From positions 62,001-126,000 of the forward strand of contig JAUCBJ010006988.1 of assembly GCA_032718475.1 (NCBI GenBank): a stretch of 64,000 bases of DNA, read 5' to 3'. The notes below the pieces were generated by a model. The model was given only the letters and a program-made list of their open reading frames with translations. It did no database searches and was not told the origin of the DNA. The position numbers and the translations under genes are program-made. Positions within the stretch are counted from its first letter, which is position 1. Every line of letters begins with the position of its first letter. This document shows positions 14,518 to 27,180 of this stretch, piece after piece. The stretch comes from Nemertoderma westbladi (taxonomy: Eukaryota > Animalia > Xenacoelomorpha).

Positions 14518-14851
14518 AACCGCCACAACTCCCTATCACCCATGACATTTGCTAGATCATCCGCCTCTTCAAGGCCTGTGTCCTTTAAGGTGCCTCTCAA
14601 GAAAGTCATGGGCTGTCCACCAGGCTTATTCACTCCATGAGGCTGCAAAGCACAAGATTGTGCACTGGCTGGTCCTCAAGGCGAAAGCAAAGCGTCCTGC
14701 AAAAATGTCCTGCAAAGCAGAGGCGGCTTTGTTCTAGTGTCAAGCTAGGGGGAACCAATGAGACACCTCCAATGTTATATAGTGTCTGGTTGGAGATTTG
14801 TGCATTGTACTTGACACAGTGAACCCGGCATAGCATTCTTGTGCGTCGCAT
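14518..14851 (-). mobile_element. RTE-clade LINE 3' fragment, degenerate
   Basis: Across frameshifts: TRML...ISNQTLY...RLCFAGH...QPHG...GQPMTF...KDTGL...DRELWR, matching the C-terminus that follows the RT in RTE-type elements. Confidence 0.6.
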
Positions 14852-17800
14852 TTTTTCACATGAAAAATACAGTACTACTCCTGCGTGAATATTTCTTAAC
14901 CGTTTTTTGCGAATTTTGATTTATATGAAAAATAATTTAATAAGCTTCAATAAATGTCGGCCAGTTTTCTTGATTTCCCATTTTCTTTTTTGAAAAAAAA
15001 AATAGAAAAAAAACGTGGGTTTTTTTATTTATTTAAAAATTTTCAATTTTTTTTTACAAAATTGCAAAATAAAAAATGAATATAGAAAAAGTTGCTGAAA
15101 AATATGATCAAAATGGACATGTGGGTTCCAAAAAAATGTGGTATATAAAACTAACAAAATAGATAACGCCTGGCGCTCAACCAACTGAGCTAGCCCCGCA
15201 TAATGCTACAGTACAAACTAAATCTTTGAGTTTGGCGCCATTAATAAATTGAATAACTTTAATAAAGAAGGTAGGCCTACATTATTTTCTTCATTCCATG
15301 GGTTTCTCTCATTCTGAATGTCAAACCATTTAATAATGACTGGCAATAATGGGAGGTTTGATTGGCCAAATTCAAATTAGGCCCTACATTGTTTCTTAAA
15401 TCTTGAAACTCATGATCAAGTACTTTAATTAATTTACAGACTAAATAAATGGTGTCATCTATTCCCCCCAAATGGAAATCTTACTCAAGGAATAGAATAC
15501 TGCAATGCAAGGGTGTTGGAATTAGGCCTACATGCAGTACTACCGAAAATTAAACCCAGTCGAAGGTTAATCACACTGGACTTTACACACCATACAGTAT
15601 ATGTAAATATAGATACAGTAGGCTTAGCGGTATTGTATATATACCAAGTGTATTTAATTGACCTTGTTACCCGTGATGCAATGCAATTACTTTTGTTCCG
15701 AAGCAGAGCGGTCCCCATGGCCCGGTGCTACAAACTCAATTCCAGTTTCATTTATAAGACGCGGGTTTCTGGGCTGCCGCTATACTGTATACCTCTAGGA
15801 ACGCCGTCGGGTTCCGTTGATACCCTCTGTAAAGCAATTAAAATCCAAGGGAAACCTCCGAGTCCCATCTCTCACTTCGGCATGCGAGCACGTCGAATTT
15901 TAATACGTTAGAGAAACCTAGTAGAGAAATAATTCGCAGAGGAAATCGAAATTCATAGCCCCGGAGCCGTCCTCTCTACTCTATGCTAAACATAGGATAT
16001 AGTCACTGCCTAACCCAAATGGCGAGGAAGCAGAAAGAAGATACAGTAGGTTACGCGCACATATTTCTGTACCGCTGTTCTAGGAATTCTGATTATCTCA
16101 CTCTGGGGTTCAAATTATTACTCTAGCTCCGGTTATTATTGCTGGTAGAGAGGCCTACAGTACAGTAGGGGCACGCAGGATTCATGAAGCTTTAGATGTA
16201 CAATGGCTATAGGGAAATAATGTGTTATCCTAGCAGCACATATCTGAAAACCCCCGTGGACCAATGCAACTGGAAAATAACAGACCGCCTGCACTACCGG
16301 TAGCACTATAAAAAATAGGTAAAAAATTTAGACATACTGTATTTTGCGGACGCGTCAAATTGAAGTCTACAGTAGTTATATATTTCATTTAATTTATATT
16401 CAAATAAATTCATTAATTATGTACATTATTGAGGTAATTATATACCCACTATATCATCATGAGTATATCTGGTTGGGAAACAACACAATAACCATTATGC
16501 GTCCTAAACACTATAGTTTAGGAAGCCTTGGTCCATCATGCAATATCTCCATCCGTAGCTACTGTATATAAACAAAATGTTCCAGAACGTTGTGTATTTA
16601 TTAATGCACTTCAGCGAACGATAATTCATGTAATCTTTGAGCGCCGATATTTTAGTTGTTTCGCTACGAAATATTGTTAAATATTTGGAATCCTTGCAAA
16701 GTAATCTTTCTAACGATATGAAAACTAATCACGACTATCGTGAAGAATGGCCACGAAGCCGTGGGAAAATCGACGCAAATAACAGCTGATTATCACTCTC
16801 AAAAATAAAACTGTAACCTGTTCTATAGAGTTTTGTTTATTGTTTTGGTTAGAAAAACGTCCACTGTAACCTGCTCCTTTCCCAAAACTGATAATGTAAC
16901 ATTTATGCCTAATATTAATTACTAAATATTAATTAGTTAATGGGATTTGTGTCCAGTCCCCCACTGGGGGGGGGGGGGGGGGGGGGGTGGTGTGGGGGGA
17001 TATTTGCTTGAAAAAACTCATGGAAGGAGCATACTGTATGAAAATTTAATAATAGATTGGTAGGAGACACTGAGAATGTAGCTTTTATAAAAACTATAAT
17101 TAAACAAACAATTCAGCAATATGAATCACATCTATCCCAACAACAGCTACAGTATTAGAGATATTAAAAATAAATATTAGAACAGAAACTATCCCATTCT
17201 GTATCAGAAAGAAACGGGAAGAAAATATTTAAATTAACAAATTGACTGATAAAGTCAAGGACTTTCATTCAAGGGAAGCATCGTTGTCTAAACACGAACA
17301 ACTTGAGATGAGAAGTAGAGTTAAGATGATGAGCTGTATGTGAAAAAACAAAATCAGCAATTGTTTCACAACATTGAAATTAATGATTAGATTATGATTA
17401 TGATTCTCTACAAACTTTGAATTTAACAAATACGTCAATCGACCTATAGTTTTCTTAATATTCATTGATAAAACTGACCAAAATATTTTACTCCATTTTT
17501 CTCAACGTTTTATTTTCACAAAACACCAATAACAAAAAACTAGTCTGCCAATTTTTGGTAGACAACATTTTAAAATGTTTGCGGAAAGGCAGTCTGCAAG
17601 TGAGCAAGTGTTATTAAATCTTTTGTTACACTATGTCAACTTAACAGTGTTCTTAAGAATTACTCGTAACGCTGCAAAGTATTTAATAACCTGGAAACAA
17701 CTTCAATTACCGAGCAATCCGACCTTGTCCGTTTCGTTTTAGTTTTATTGATATGTTTTTTGTAAACTTTGTTTGAAAATTTTTTTTTAATTCTTTTTGA

Positions 17801-18287
17801 GTGAAACGTTTTTAAGTTTTCATATTGATCTACCTGAGATACTCATAAGTGCAGCTACTGCCTGGCTTATCTTCTTCCTCCATAAACATAATTGTCCAAA
17901 TATTTCCAGTTTTTCTTCCTCGTGTTATTTATATTTTATGCGCGCAGTTATATGCATTTTTACTTAACGTACAGTTATTTGGAGTGTCTATTACAATTAT
18001 TACGATGTCGAACGACATGCAGATATGTACCGGTAGAATCCGTTCTACAGTTCAGTAGTTCTATAGCCAGAAAGCTGCTAAATATCGAAGAAGTGTGAAG
18101 TGTATGGCCCCTAGCCCCTATCAGGTGTCGTCAGCCTACAGGCCTATGGAAGGTATCTCATACATGGACCATCGTCAGATCGTTACCCCTAACTATCTGA
18201 CTATTACTGTTACGGAATAGGCGTACCCGTACTGCTGTACTGCTGTACTGTAGTACTGTGTTCTGTTCAGTGTTCAGCATCCCAGTT

Positions 18288-18809
18288 ATGTTGAGTTCAT
18301 TGTCTAAAGTACGCGACCATCTATTTATAACTAATGCCAATGGAATTGAACGCAACATACCGGAACTTATCAACAAGGGTGTCCTATGCATTATAAATTG
18401 TACCGCGAACGTCCAGTATCCAGCTACACAGGGCGTTGAGTATGTTCGCATACCGGTAAACGACCTACCAGGCGCCAATATTAGCAAATATTTCGAAACT
18501 GTCACAGATAAAATAGAGGAAGTTAGAAAACGTGGAGGTAAAACTGTTATCCATTGTGTAGTCGGTGCAAGTCGGGCTCCGACTTTCTGCATCGCCTATT
18601 TAATGTCCTCCGAACGACTCAGTTTACTAGAAGCTCACTCGGCTGTAAAACTCTCGCGTTGGATTACCAGGCCCAATCCAGGGTTCTGGAAGCAGTTGGT
18701 TCAGTTCGAGTTGCAACTGTTTCAAACTAATTCGGTTCAAATGATTAGCACTCCGCGGGGTTTCGTCCCTGATATATATCGCGATGTATACAATAATCTT
18801 CACAATTAG
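18288..18809 (+). CDS. Atypical dual-specificity protein phosphatase (DUSP14/18/21-like), intronless, 173 aa
   Basis: P-loop HCVVGASR, general-acid Asp in IPVND, AYLM motif and RPNPGFWKQL; first ATG at 18288. Confidence 0.9.
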   Translation: MLSSLSKVRDHLFITNANGIERNIPELINKGVLCIINCTANVQYPATQGVEYVRIPVNDLPGANISKYFETVTDKIEEVRKRGGKTVIHCVVGASRAPTFCIAYLMSSERLSLLEAHSAVKLSRWITRPNPGFWKQLVQFELQLFQTNSVQMISTPRGFVPDIYRDVYNNLHN

Positions 18810-19201
18810 TACGTATTTTGGATTATACGAATGCTGCAATGCAATGTGACTGTCAGACTGTGAGTTTGTATAAATGAGTGTTCTAGATATCATTGTCTAA
18901 GAGAAAACTGCGCAAGGCATATTGGCACACCATTAGCAGACCAGGCTGTCAAATCGAATATTTCATTTATTTATTATGCATTTAAATAATCAATGAGTCT
19001 AAAATGTACTTCCATAGTTTTATACTTGTATCCAACATTTGTAAGCCTAACACCATATTCGTAAACACATGTACAGTAGGTCAGTAGCACTACTATTCAA
19101 CACGTGCTATCCATTCAGTCAGCAACCGTATTTCGTTGTTGAGCAGCAGTTTTCAATTTTTTGGTTATTGCGGCAATTTTTAACAAATATTATTCATTTT
19201 A

Positions 19202-19668
19202 CACCATGACCCGTAATATAGTGTCATTTTCTGATGACACGACAACCCCCCCCCCCCCCCCCATTTTTTTCTACAGATCTTTATCATTGCTTGAAATTTG
19301 AAACACAACTAGTTCAGCTCACCGTCGTTGTTACCATGAAGCCGGAATTTTCGATTTTGCCTTTATATTTTTTTATAAGCGTTTTAAAAAAGTATCCTTT
19401 GCGAAATTGCACATCTCCTATCATCGCCATTCTTCACATTAACCTCGCTTTATAGATATCATTAAAATTCTATTTAATAAATACACAATATTCTGGAACA
19501 ATTTGTTTATGTATGATTAGCTACGCAATATAGATATTGTATAGGCATACCACTGTTGCCAACCAACTCATAAAATAAATAACACATTCTAGAATTTTGT
19601 GTATTTATTAAATAGAATAAATGGCCTGCAGTGAACAATAATTCTTGCAATCTTTGAACGCCTATTTC
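19202..19668. mobile_element. Left part of a TA-flanked fold-back MITE, split by insertions; resumes at about 44447-44610
   Basis: Same terminus TA/CACCATGACCCGTAAT as the intact copy at 45260-46201; the sequence continues in register after 44454. Confidence 0.8.
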
Positions 19669-20560
19669 CGAAGCAGGACCTTATCGCCCCTGGGCCTTTA
19701 TCGCCCCTGTCATTATAGGCAGGATACTTTCCCCCAAATTTATCATACTTCCTCTAAGTCACATATTTTACTGTAGTTATAGTTTATATTTATACTCAAG
19801 TAGTTTCAGTTAGAGGAGGCCTACAATTAGATTAGATTTTATATTCAATTCATAGACTAAGCAGCAGCTTGATTTAGTGTTAACCCTTTGTTGCACTTGT
19901 TGCTTTTAAGCAACAGTTATATTATTAGTCTATCTCATAGAAAAACCATCAACCAACCAACCATTACTGCACCTTGCGGCTTATACTGTAGTAGGATAAT
20001 TAAATTATCCTATACAAACAAAGGGACTCTGGGGTGGGATGTTCAAATTATGCTGTAAATTAACATTCAATAATGCAGATAGGAAAATTGTGAATTTTAG
20101 TTTATAGGTGTCTTTAGGTCGGCTTTTTTTATTCCTGCGATAATTTTATGGTGCCAAAAAAATATTAACGTCTTTTTTTGTACATATATCCTGCACCTAC
20201 TGTATTACATGTATTATTTCAAATTTACAGGTTCGTTTGTAATTCTGAGGCGCAAAATAAGCCGTGTTACTTTTAAGCAACAGAGTGCAGTAAAGGACTG
20301 GGAAACGGATAAGAACAGTGGAATTTCAGGTTTTCCTTTTGTAGGATGTAAATAAAGCCTTTTTGTTTGTCACTTCTAAAGTTCATTCTTGATTGTTATA
20401 GAAAGGCAGTATATTGTTATTGTGGAAGTGGAAGATCACCCATTGTGGAGAACAGGCATTCCTTGGCTTAACGAGCCTAAAAGATTCTCCCATTCAAATT
20501 CATATTTGTGACAGTGACAGTGGCGATAAGTTACCAGGGGCGATATGTTCCCAAGGGGCG

Positions 20561-21349
20561 TGTTCGCGCTTTTAGACCTTTTAGCAGTTTAACCTGCCAA
20601 TTTTAGTTGTCCTCTTGTTTATAAATCGACTAGCCTATATCAATTATTTAATGTACTGAAGTTACATCAGCCGAAGCCAGTCTGTGCGTGATCATTCACC
20701 CACAGTTAAGGGAGACTGGATTCGGGTGCTTTGAAAGTTATTGCAATGTATACCTACTGTATTATTCGATTGATCGTTACTATATAATCTCTGACAATAT
20801 ATTTACTTTCCTTTAGGACGTGGCGCTTTAAGTATAAAAACAGAGTTATGACTTATACTAATCACAACGAGATGGCCACAGAGTTTCGTAAATAGCGCAT
20901 TCTTTAGGAGATGCTTTATTATCTTTCATACTACCTCACACGACTTCACACTACTTAACACTACTGCGCACTAATCTGCCGACCGTCACTGAATTTGATC
21001 ATATATATATATATATGATCAAATTCAGTAACGGACTTCCAAAACAGAAGTACAGAAGAATTCCAAGCCGGTTCTGAGGCTCAGAAATGTATACAAAGAC
21101 CGTAATGCATTGTGCGGGTTTCCATAGGCCCCTGTCCGACATAAAGTGAAAATCGCTCTGATTGGCTGAATAGGCAGAACAAAGAGGTTCCACGTCTACA
21201 GGAAATCAGCTGACAGATTTCGTCATCTGAGCTCCAATCTTTTAGAGTATTATGATCATTGCGGCAAAAATGACTTGTTATGTCCGCAAAAGCACCTACA
21301 CTGCGCATTGCGGGAAAAATGACTTGTTATGTCCGCAAAAGCTTTTACA
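20561..21349 (-). repeat. 3' LTR of Bel/Pao copy 1, lacking about 350 bp present in the other LTRs
   Basis: Aligns with 43214-44349 and 59596-60726; preceded on the minus strand by the purine-rich tract GGGAGCGG (21350-21357). Confidence 0.93.
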
Positions 21350-21445
21350 CCGCTCCCAGAAAATGGGATTTAAGTCTATAAAATATAAAAAATCACAGTT
21401 TCTAAAATATAAAAATACTCTAAACTATGTTAGTCCTTCCTGAAA

Positions 21446-23526
21446 TTAGTCCTTCTTACGTGAACGGTGTTTACGAAGTTTTTTGAGGCTAGCAAGAGTC
21501 CTTTTCTCTTTGAGGCGAGCCACTTTACTAGGAAGGCTATAACTCCTGGATGAAGGGTGCAATACGATTGCATCGGAAGGTTTAGGGTTACGGTCGGTGT
21601 ATCCGCCGGTCGAGGTACCCGGTTGATTGATATCAACCTCAGTGGAACGAGGTCGAACAACCTTTAGAGCGTGTTTCAGGACAGCAGCTCTTACTGGTCC
21701 CTGACGGGTCGATTGCACGAGAGCGGTAGGCGGACCGTGAGTAGTGAGAAATTTCCTCGGTTTGATGGTTCTTTCCAACTCGCGTTCTTGGGCTCTATAC
21801 TCATGGGGTCATCTAAGAACTTCTTGTAGTTCTGGATGCGAGTTGATGAACAAGTCACCATATTCCGGATCTTGACGGATGAAGTTGATTAAGTTATAGG
21901 AATTAAGGTCATTAGGATTAATATTCCTGAGGTACTTGCGAACAAATTTGGTCGAAATATTCTCGCCAACACGCTTCATTAGCTCGTAGCTAGGTGTGCG
22001 AGATTTTTGCTCAACGGAAGCAAAGAGATACGGGTGAAACGCATAAACTCCTTCATAGGCACGTCCAGTGTAGTATTGATGATGTGACTCGTAATGGAGA
22101 TCCGCGTTAGCTTCCCAGGCTCGAATGTAGCATAGGGCAACCATTTCGTCTACGCTTTCCAGATCTCGGTTGAAAGGGCAATCAAAACTTGCGTGTCCTT
22201 TAAACTGGCAATGATGTCATTGAGTCATAAATTGAGGGCAGACTGCGACAAGTTCGATGTCCTCCTCGAGATTCTGGATTTCTCGATCGAACTGAGGTAA
22301 AGCTAATTCTTTTACCGCTTGGACTTGCTGCTGCAATTTACATTTATCTAAGCAATCGTAAGTTCCTTTTCCGATCTTTTGCCGAATAGCGTCTAACGCG
22401 TTTCGTACAACGCTCTCCTCCACCTCGGTGACGGGTTGTATCGGGGTTAAACCGGGACGATTATACGGGTTGAACGGCGATATTAAATGTCCGCGTCCCA
22501 ATCCGGCTAAGTAGGATGGGTGAATATCTAGAGAGCCCACTACCGGAGTGCCACCGATTAATTGTTCGGGTAACACTAGATCTTTGAACAGTGAGTACAG
22601 TTCAGGAGGATCCGTTATACTATTAGGATCAAGAGTCTGAGGTCTCACCAGGGAATGAGGATGTCTGACCGAGTATTCCGGAACTCTGATCATCGGTTTA
22701 TTTAAGGATCGTTTGAGTTGAGCGAGCGTAGGTGATACGTCAAACAAGTTTCGCTCGAAACTCCCGTAAGTACAGCGAGTAAAACTGTGTTTAGCGCAAC
22801 GTCTCCGCGGATGTTTATGTCTTTCCGTTTGTTGGTTGGGTCTAGGGCATTCATCGCAATAATACTAAAGACGCATGTCTTGCAGGGGAAACGCGGGTGA
22901 TCTTTCTCCAGTTTTACAATATTCCTCCATCTGTTCGAAGCTGTCCGGTACAACAGGTAGCGGTCGATCGGCGGTAAGATACATCATAGTGAAATAGAGT
23001 CGTTTGAGTTCCATCATAGGGTTATGATGTATACCTTGAGGATATCGAGTTTCTAGATTTTGTTGACTGGCTACATTGAGATATGTTTCTCTCAGGAATT
23101 CCAAATATTCGTTGAAGTCACTGCGTTTATCCGGCTCTTCAACATCTTCTCTTTCGAGTCGGTTTCGAATAGAATTCTCGTGTTCGATTCTCAGTTTATC
23201 GCTCCGACTCCGCTGGGTATGATATTTAAATAGGACCATTTCCCTTTGGGTGTCTACATCGTCCGTATCGTGTAAATCGATAGGATGACCAGTAGTTAAG
23301 AAGTCCATATACGTACCATTACGATGCGTATAGCGAGCGGTGAATTTTCTATAGTCCAATTCACGCGTGAGCTGTTCTTTTGACATTGGCGGTTCGATAT
23401 AATGGCCATCGTCCTCCGTAGTGGGTTGACTAGCGTCGCCCCTTATTAAACTATCAACAAACGCTTGTGCAATGGTAGGGTATATCGCTCTCTGATACCA
23501 AGATCATCTTCTATCAACTCAGTCAT
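21446..23526 (-). pseudogene. Accessory ORF3 of Bel/Pao copy 1, exonuclease-like region deleted
   Basis: ORF-track pieces starting 23386, 22747, 22144 and 21778 share one frame, separated by single nonsense codons that are sense codons in copy 2. Confidence 0.85.
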
Positions 23527-24170
23527 AGCTGCTATATGAGTTTATCGATATTATAATTAGGGATGTCCCGGAATTCCGTTCCGGCCGGAATTCCGGTGGT
23601 TTTTGCCAGATTCCGGTTCCGCCCGGAATTGCCGGAATGGGGTCAATTCCGGCCGGAATTTTACCGGAATTACCAGTTTACTAACTAGTGTAATAGTTTT
23701 AATTAGTTTGTGAAATTATTATCACACATAATGTAAAAACAATTACAATATTATAATAGGTATTGTCCAACATAACATCGTATTACCCCTAAAGCTGTAG
23801 CTTATTTACAAAGGGGTCCTTTATGTCACTCACTATGTTACTTAATTAGGTCCTGCGTCATTAGCCTTAGGTGTTGCGTAACACAGTAGTTTTATTTATA
23901 CAGAAAATATATTTCTTACCAAAATATATTTATTCCCAGCAAAAATTAAATTGTAATATGTAATATTGACTCTCGTTTATTGATTTCGTCAGAATTACAT
24001 GTCACTGTAACCTGCTTCTTTCCATTAACGGCGCCAGGATATTGAACCTAAGCAATTAATAATACATTTTTGGTCTACGTTGGTTTTTAGGTATGAGCCC
24101 CAAAACCTAACTTTTGGCCAAGGTTATGGGTTTTTGGAAAAATAATGAAATTTAATTCCATGTCGTTTAA

Positions 24171-24998
24171 CCCTGTTTGACCCGGGGTGGTCATTTTAGA
24201 AATTTTTTTGTAACTCAACTGTATCTTTTAGCCAGGTATGGTGGGAAAACCTAGATTTCGCGACTTTTCATAAAATTTAATGGGCAATCCACCAGCGCAA
24301 ACGCCAAAAACATAGCTTTGTTAGTTTTCGTGTTGTCCCATTCTGGCACTCATCTCCAGTAATTTTCGGCGAAAATTTTTTCAAAAGTTTTAATAGCTCG
24401 ATAAAAATAATTTATTTGCGGTACCGGTATATAACGGTTCTTTTAGATGATGATCACGATTATAGAACTCAGATATAACAGACGAGGGAAAATTTATAGT
24501 AATGAAAAAAACACGAAAAAAACAAGTAGTGCAAATATGATAATGAAAAATCACCACAAATCAAACTAATTTTATGACATTAGGGGCTTTCCGGGATGCT
24601 GATCATGAAAATGAAACTCATATCCTATCACATCCGATTCATTATGGCATTTTTGGACATGTGCCAATTTGGAACGAAAAATAGAAGTACCGGTAGCACA
24701 AATTGATAAAAATTTAATGTTTACAAGCTTCCATTAAATATTCTTAACAAGTTCTATCGTGATCAGCGACCTCGACCCTATAGATTCAGAATTATCCATC
24801 CAAACACAACGTGTTTTAGTTTGAAAATTTTTCACTTGTACTTTTCGTCCTGGGGGACCAGAATAGTGCAACAAAATGATGGCTGCAATGCCAGAAAATA
24901 TTTTTAAAAAATTATATTTTCAGCCAAGATCTAAAAAAATTCTAAAAATGACAACCCACCCAGGGCCGATTACTAAAAATAGACCTGACCAGATAGGG
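24171..24998. mobile_element. piggyBac-like MITE
   Basis: TTAA/CCCT...AGGG/TTAA ends with an imperfect TIR and a subterminal inverted repeat GGGTGGTCATTTTAGAAATTTTTT. Confidence 0.7.
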
Positions 24999-25534
24999 TT
25001 AAGGCCCCCAAGTACCCCAGCCCCAATTTCAATTTCTCTTGCTTCTGGGCCAGGCCACTCTCACACCAAAATTCCCCCAAGGTGCTTTTTCATCTTATTA
25101 GTAAACTTAGTTTTAGAAATTAAAAAAATACGTATATTTCACAAAAAAATATAAAGGGTAATGGTCATTTAGTGTATTTCACTAACTACATAAAAATTCC
25201 GGTTCCGGCCGGAATTCCGGCCGGAATATTCCGGCATACTGAATTCCGGTTCCGGTTCCGGCCGTGTAGGATAGTGATCACTATCAGTATCAACTGTATG
25301 TACATATAAATGTAAACCTATAAGTAACAAGGGAGATTATTATTCTAGAACTGAGATGAAAGAACATAGCTACAGTATACGAATATCTTGTATTCTAATA
25401 TTTACATAATTAAAGTAATACATGAAAATATACTCAATGTCACTTCTTTCATTATCATACATGGCGCTGCGAGTATTAAAGAACCAGTGAGATAACCCAT
25501 CTATTTATACACTGTAGGTCACTTAACTATAAAA

Positions 25535-27172
25535 ATGGGAGATAAAACCGAATTGTCAACAGACCAATTACAGGCCATCATTAACGCTGCTGTCTCTGCA
25601 GCCGTTTCTCAGATGGCAAATGTACCGTCAAATTCAGCTCAGAATGAAACAATACGGGGACTACAGATCCCTATTCTTGATTTGGGCATCGATAAATCTC
25701 CAAAAAGTTTTTCTGACTGGAAACTGACTTGGGAAGACTATGCCAATCTCTCCGGTTTGACCACTTTCCCAGAATCAAAACAAATGCGCGTCCTTCGACT
25801 GGCTCTATCCGCTGAAACCAGGGATATTCTAAACGCATTTGATTTACCTGAAACCAGCACAGTTCCAAATGCCATTGCTCGTTTGGAGACTTATGTAAAT
25901 GGTGCAGTCAATATAACAATGGAACGACGAACATTTCGCCTAAGACACCAGGAGGAGGGCGAATCCATAGAGGACTGCTATCTTGCTCTGAGAAACCTAG
26001 CTCGTTCATGCAAATTCAATGACCCGGAAATCGATCAGTATAACCAAGCACTAAAAGACCAACTAGTTGAAGCTCTCACTAATGAAGAGGACAAACAAAA
26101 GGTCTTGAAATTACGGGATGCCCCTTTGAATACCATAATTGATGAGTTAAGAGCTGAAGAATCTGCATCAGCCAGTGCTGCTGCTATTGTTAAAAAGGAA
26201 CCAGCCATCAATGCTGCTAAGTCTTCCACCTACAAAGGAAACAAATGGAAAAATAAGGCAACTCAAAATGATGATACAACATCACACAATCAACAGAGTA
26301 AAAGGTTGTGTAAATGGTGTGGTGGAACCTGTTCATCAAAGGACGTTTGTCGTGCCAAAGATAAGATATGTGGCTTCTGCGACATAAAGGGCCATCTATC
26401 ATCTGTCTGTAGAAAAAAGAAATACTCAGGATCTCCAGAAACCCACGATATCTTGACTGTCACTATCATGCGATCAGGAGCATCTCAGAGCCCATCTGTC
26501 AAAAGTTCCCCTACAACTGTCATTGGTGTACAACATCATGATTTTAAAACATCAATTCCTATGCTTCCTGACTCTGGAGCTGACCTATGTGCAGTAGGAC
26601 CAAAATTTATCAAACTTCTAGACATTGATATTGACAATCTCGCCCCTTCACCTTATATAACCACAGTCGCGGATGGTTCTAAAATGTACCCATTAGGCAA
26701 GGTGCGAAATGTCACACTAACAAAAAATAATCAGAAAGTGGAAACAGACATTCACGTTTTCCCACACGTCTCAACTCCACTTCTGTCATGGACAGTAGCA
26801 AAGAAATTCAAGATAATTTCACCAACATTTCCAGAGCCATGGGTAACTGAAACCTGTTCAAAAAATAGTCCACCATTAAGCAATAAATCTCAAACAGCAT
26901 CAAATACAAACCAATCAAGAACTTATGCAGAAGTTGTTTGTCAACAACCTCTTACAAACACTTTTCAAACCAAAAACGCTGCCACTAATAAAGAGAATAC
27001 CAATAAAAGGGATGAGGACAAAATTAATATTTTAAAGGAGTTTAAAGATGTATTCTCCGATGAAATAAAAGTAATGCCAGGTGAACAATATCACATCGAC
27101 TTAAAACCAAACGCCAAGCCGTTTTCCATTAGTGCACCAAGGACAGTTCCATTAGCATATCGTGATAGCTGA
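25535..27172 (+). CDS. gag: Gag-protease portion of the gypsy polyprotein, ending at a lesion
   Basis: FRLRHQEEGESI major-homology-like motif, paired knuckles CKWCG...CGFCDIKGHLSSVC, protease LPDSGAD. Confidence 0.9.
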   Translation: MGDKTELSTDQLQAIINAAVSAAVSQMANVPSNSAQNETIRGLQIPILDLGIDKSPKSFSDWKLTWEDYANLSGLTTFPESKQMRVLRLALSAETRDILNAFDLPETSTVPNAIARLETYVNGAVNITMERRTFRLRHQEEGESIEDCYLALRNLARSCKFNDPEIDQYNQALKDQLVEALTNEEDKQKVLKLRDAPLNTIIDELRAEESASASAAAIVKKEPAINAAKSSTYKGNKWKNKATQNDDTTSHNQQSKRLCKWCGGTCSSKDVCRAKDKICGFCDIKGHLSSVCRKKKYSGSPETHDILTVTIMRSGASQSPSVKSSPTTVIGVQHHDFKTSIPMLPDSGADLCAVGPKFIKLLDIDIDNLAPSPYITTVADGSKMYPLGKVRNVTLTKNNQKVETDIHVFPHVSTPLLSWTVAKKFKIISPTFPEPWVTETCSKNSPPLSNKSQTASNTNQSRTYAEVVCQQPLTNTFQTKNAATNKENTNKRDEDKINILKEFKDVFSDEIKVMPGEQYHIDLKPNAKPFSISAPRTVPLAYRDS

Positions 27173-27180
27173 TATCGTGA

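Noticed and set aside
19880-20297. piggyBac-like MITE (TTAACCCTTTGTTGCAC ... GTGCAGTAAAGG)
   Set aside because: The right end lacks the third G and the TTAA; too degenerate to call
21446-23526. env gene in the ORF3 position
   Set aside because: No signal peptide, fusion peptide or transmembrane anchor; the motifs are of nucleic-acid-binding type
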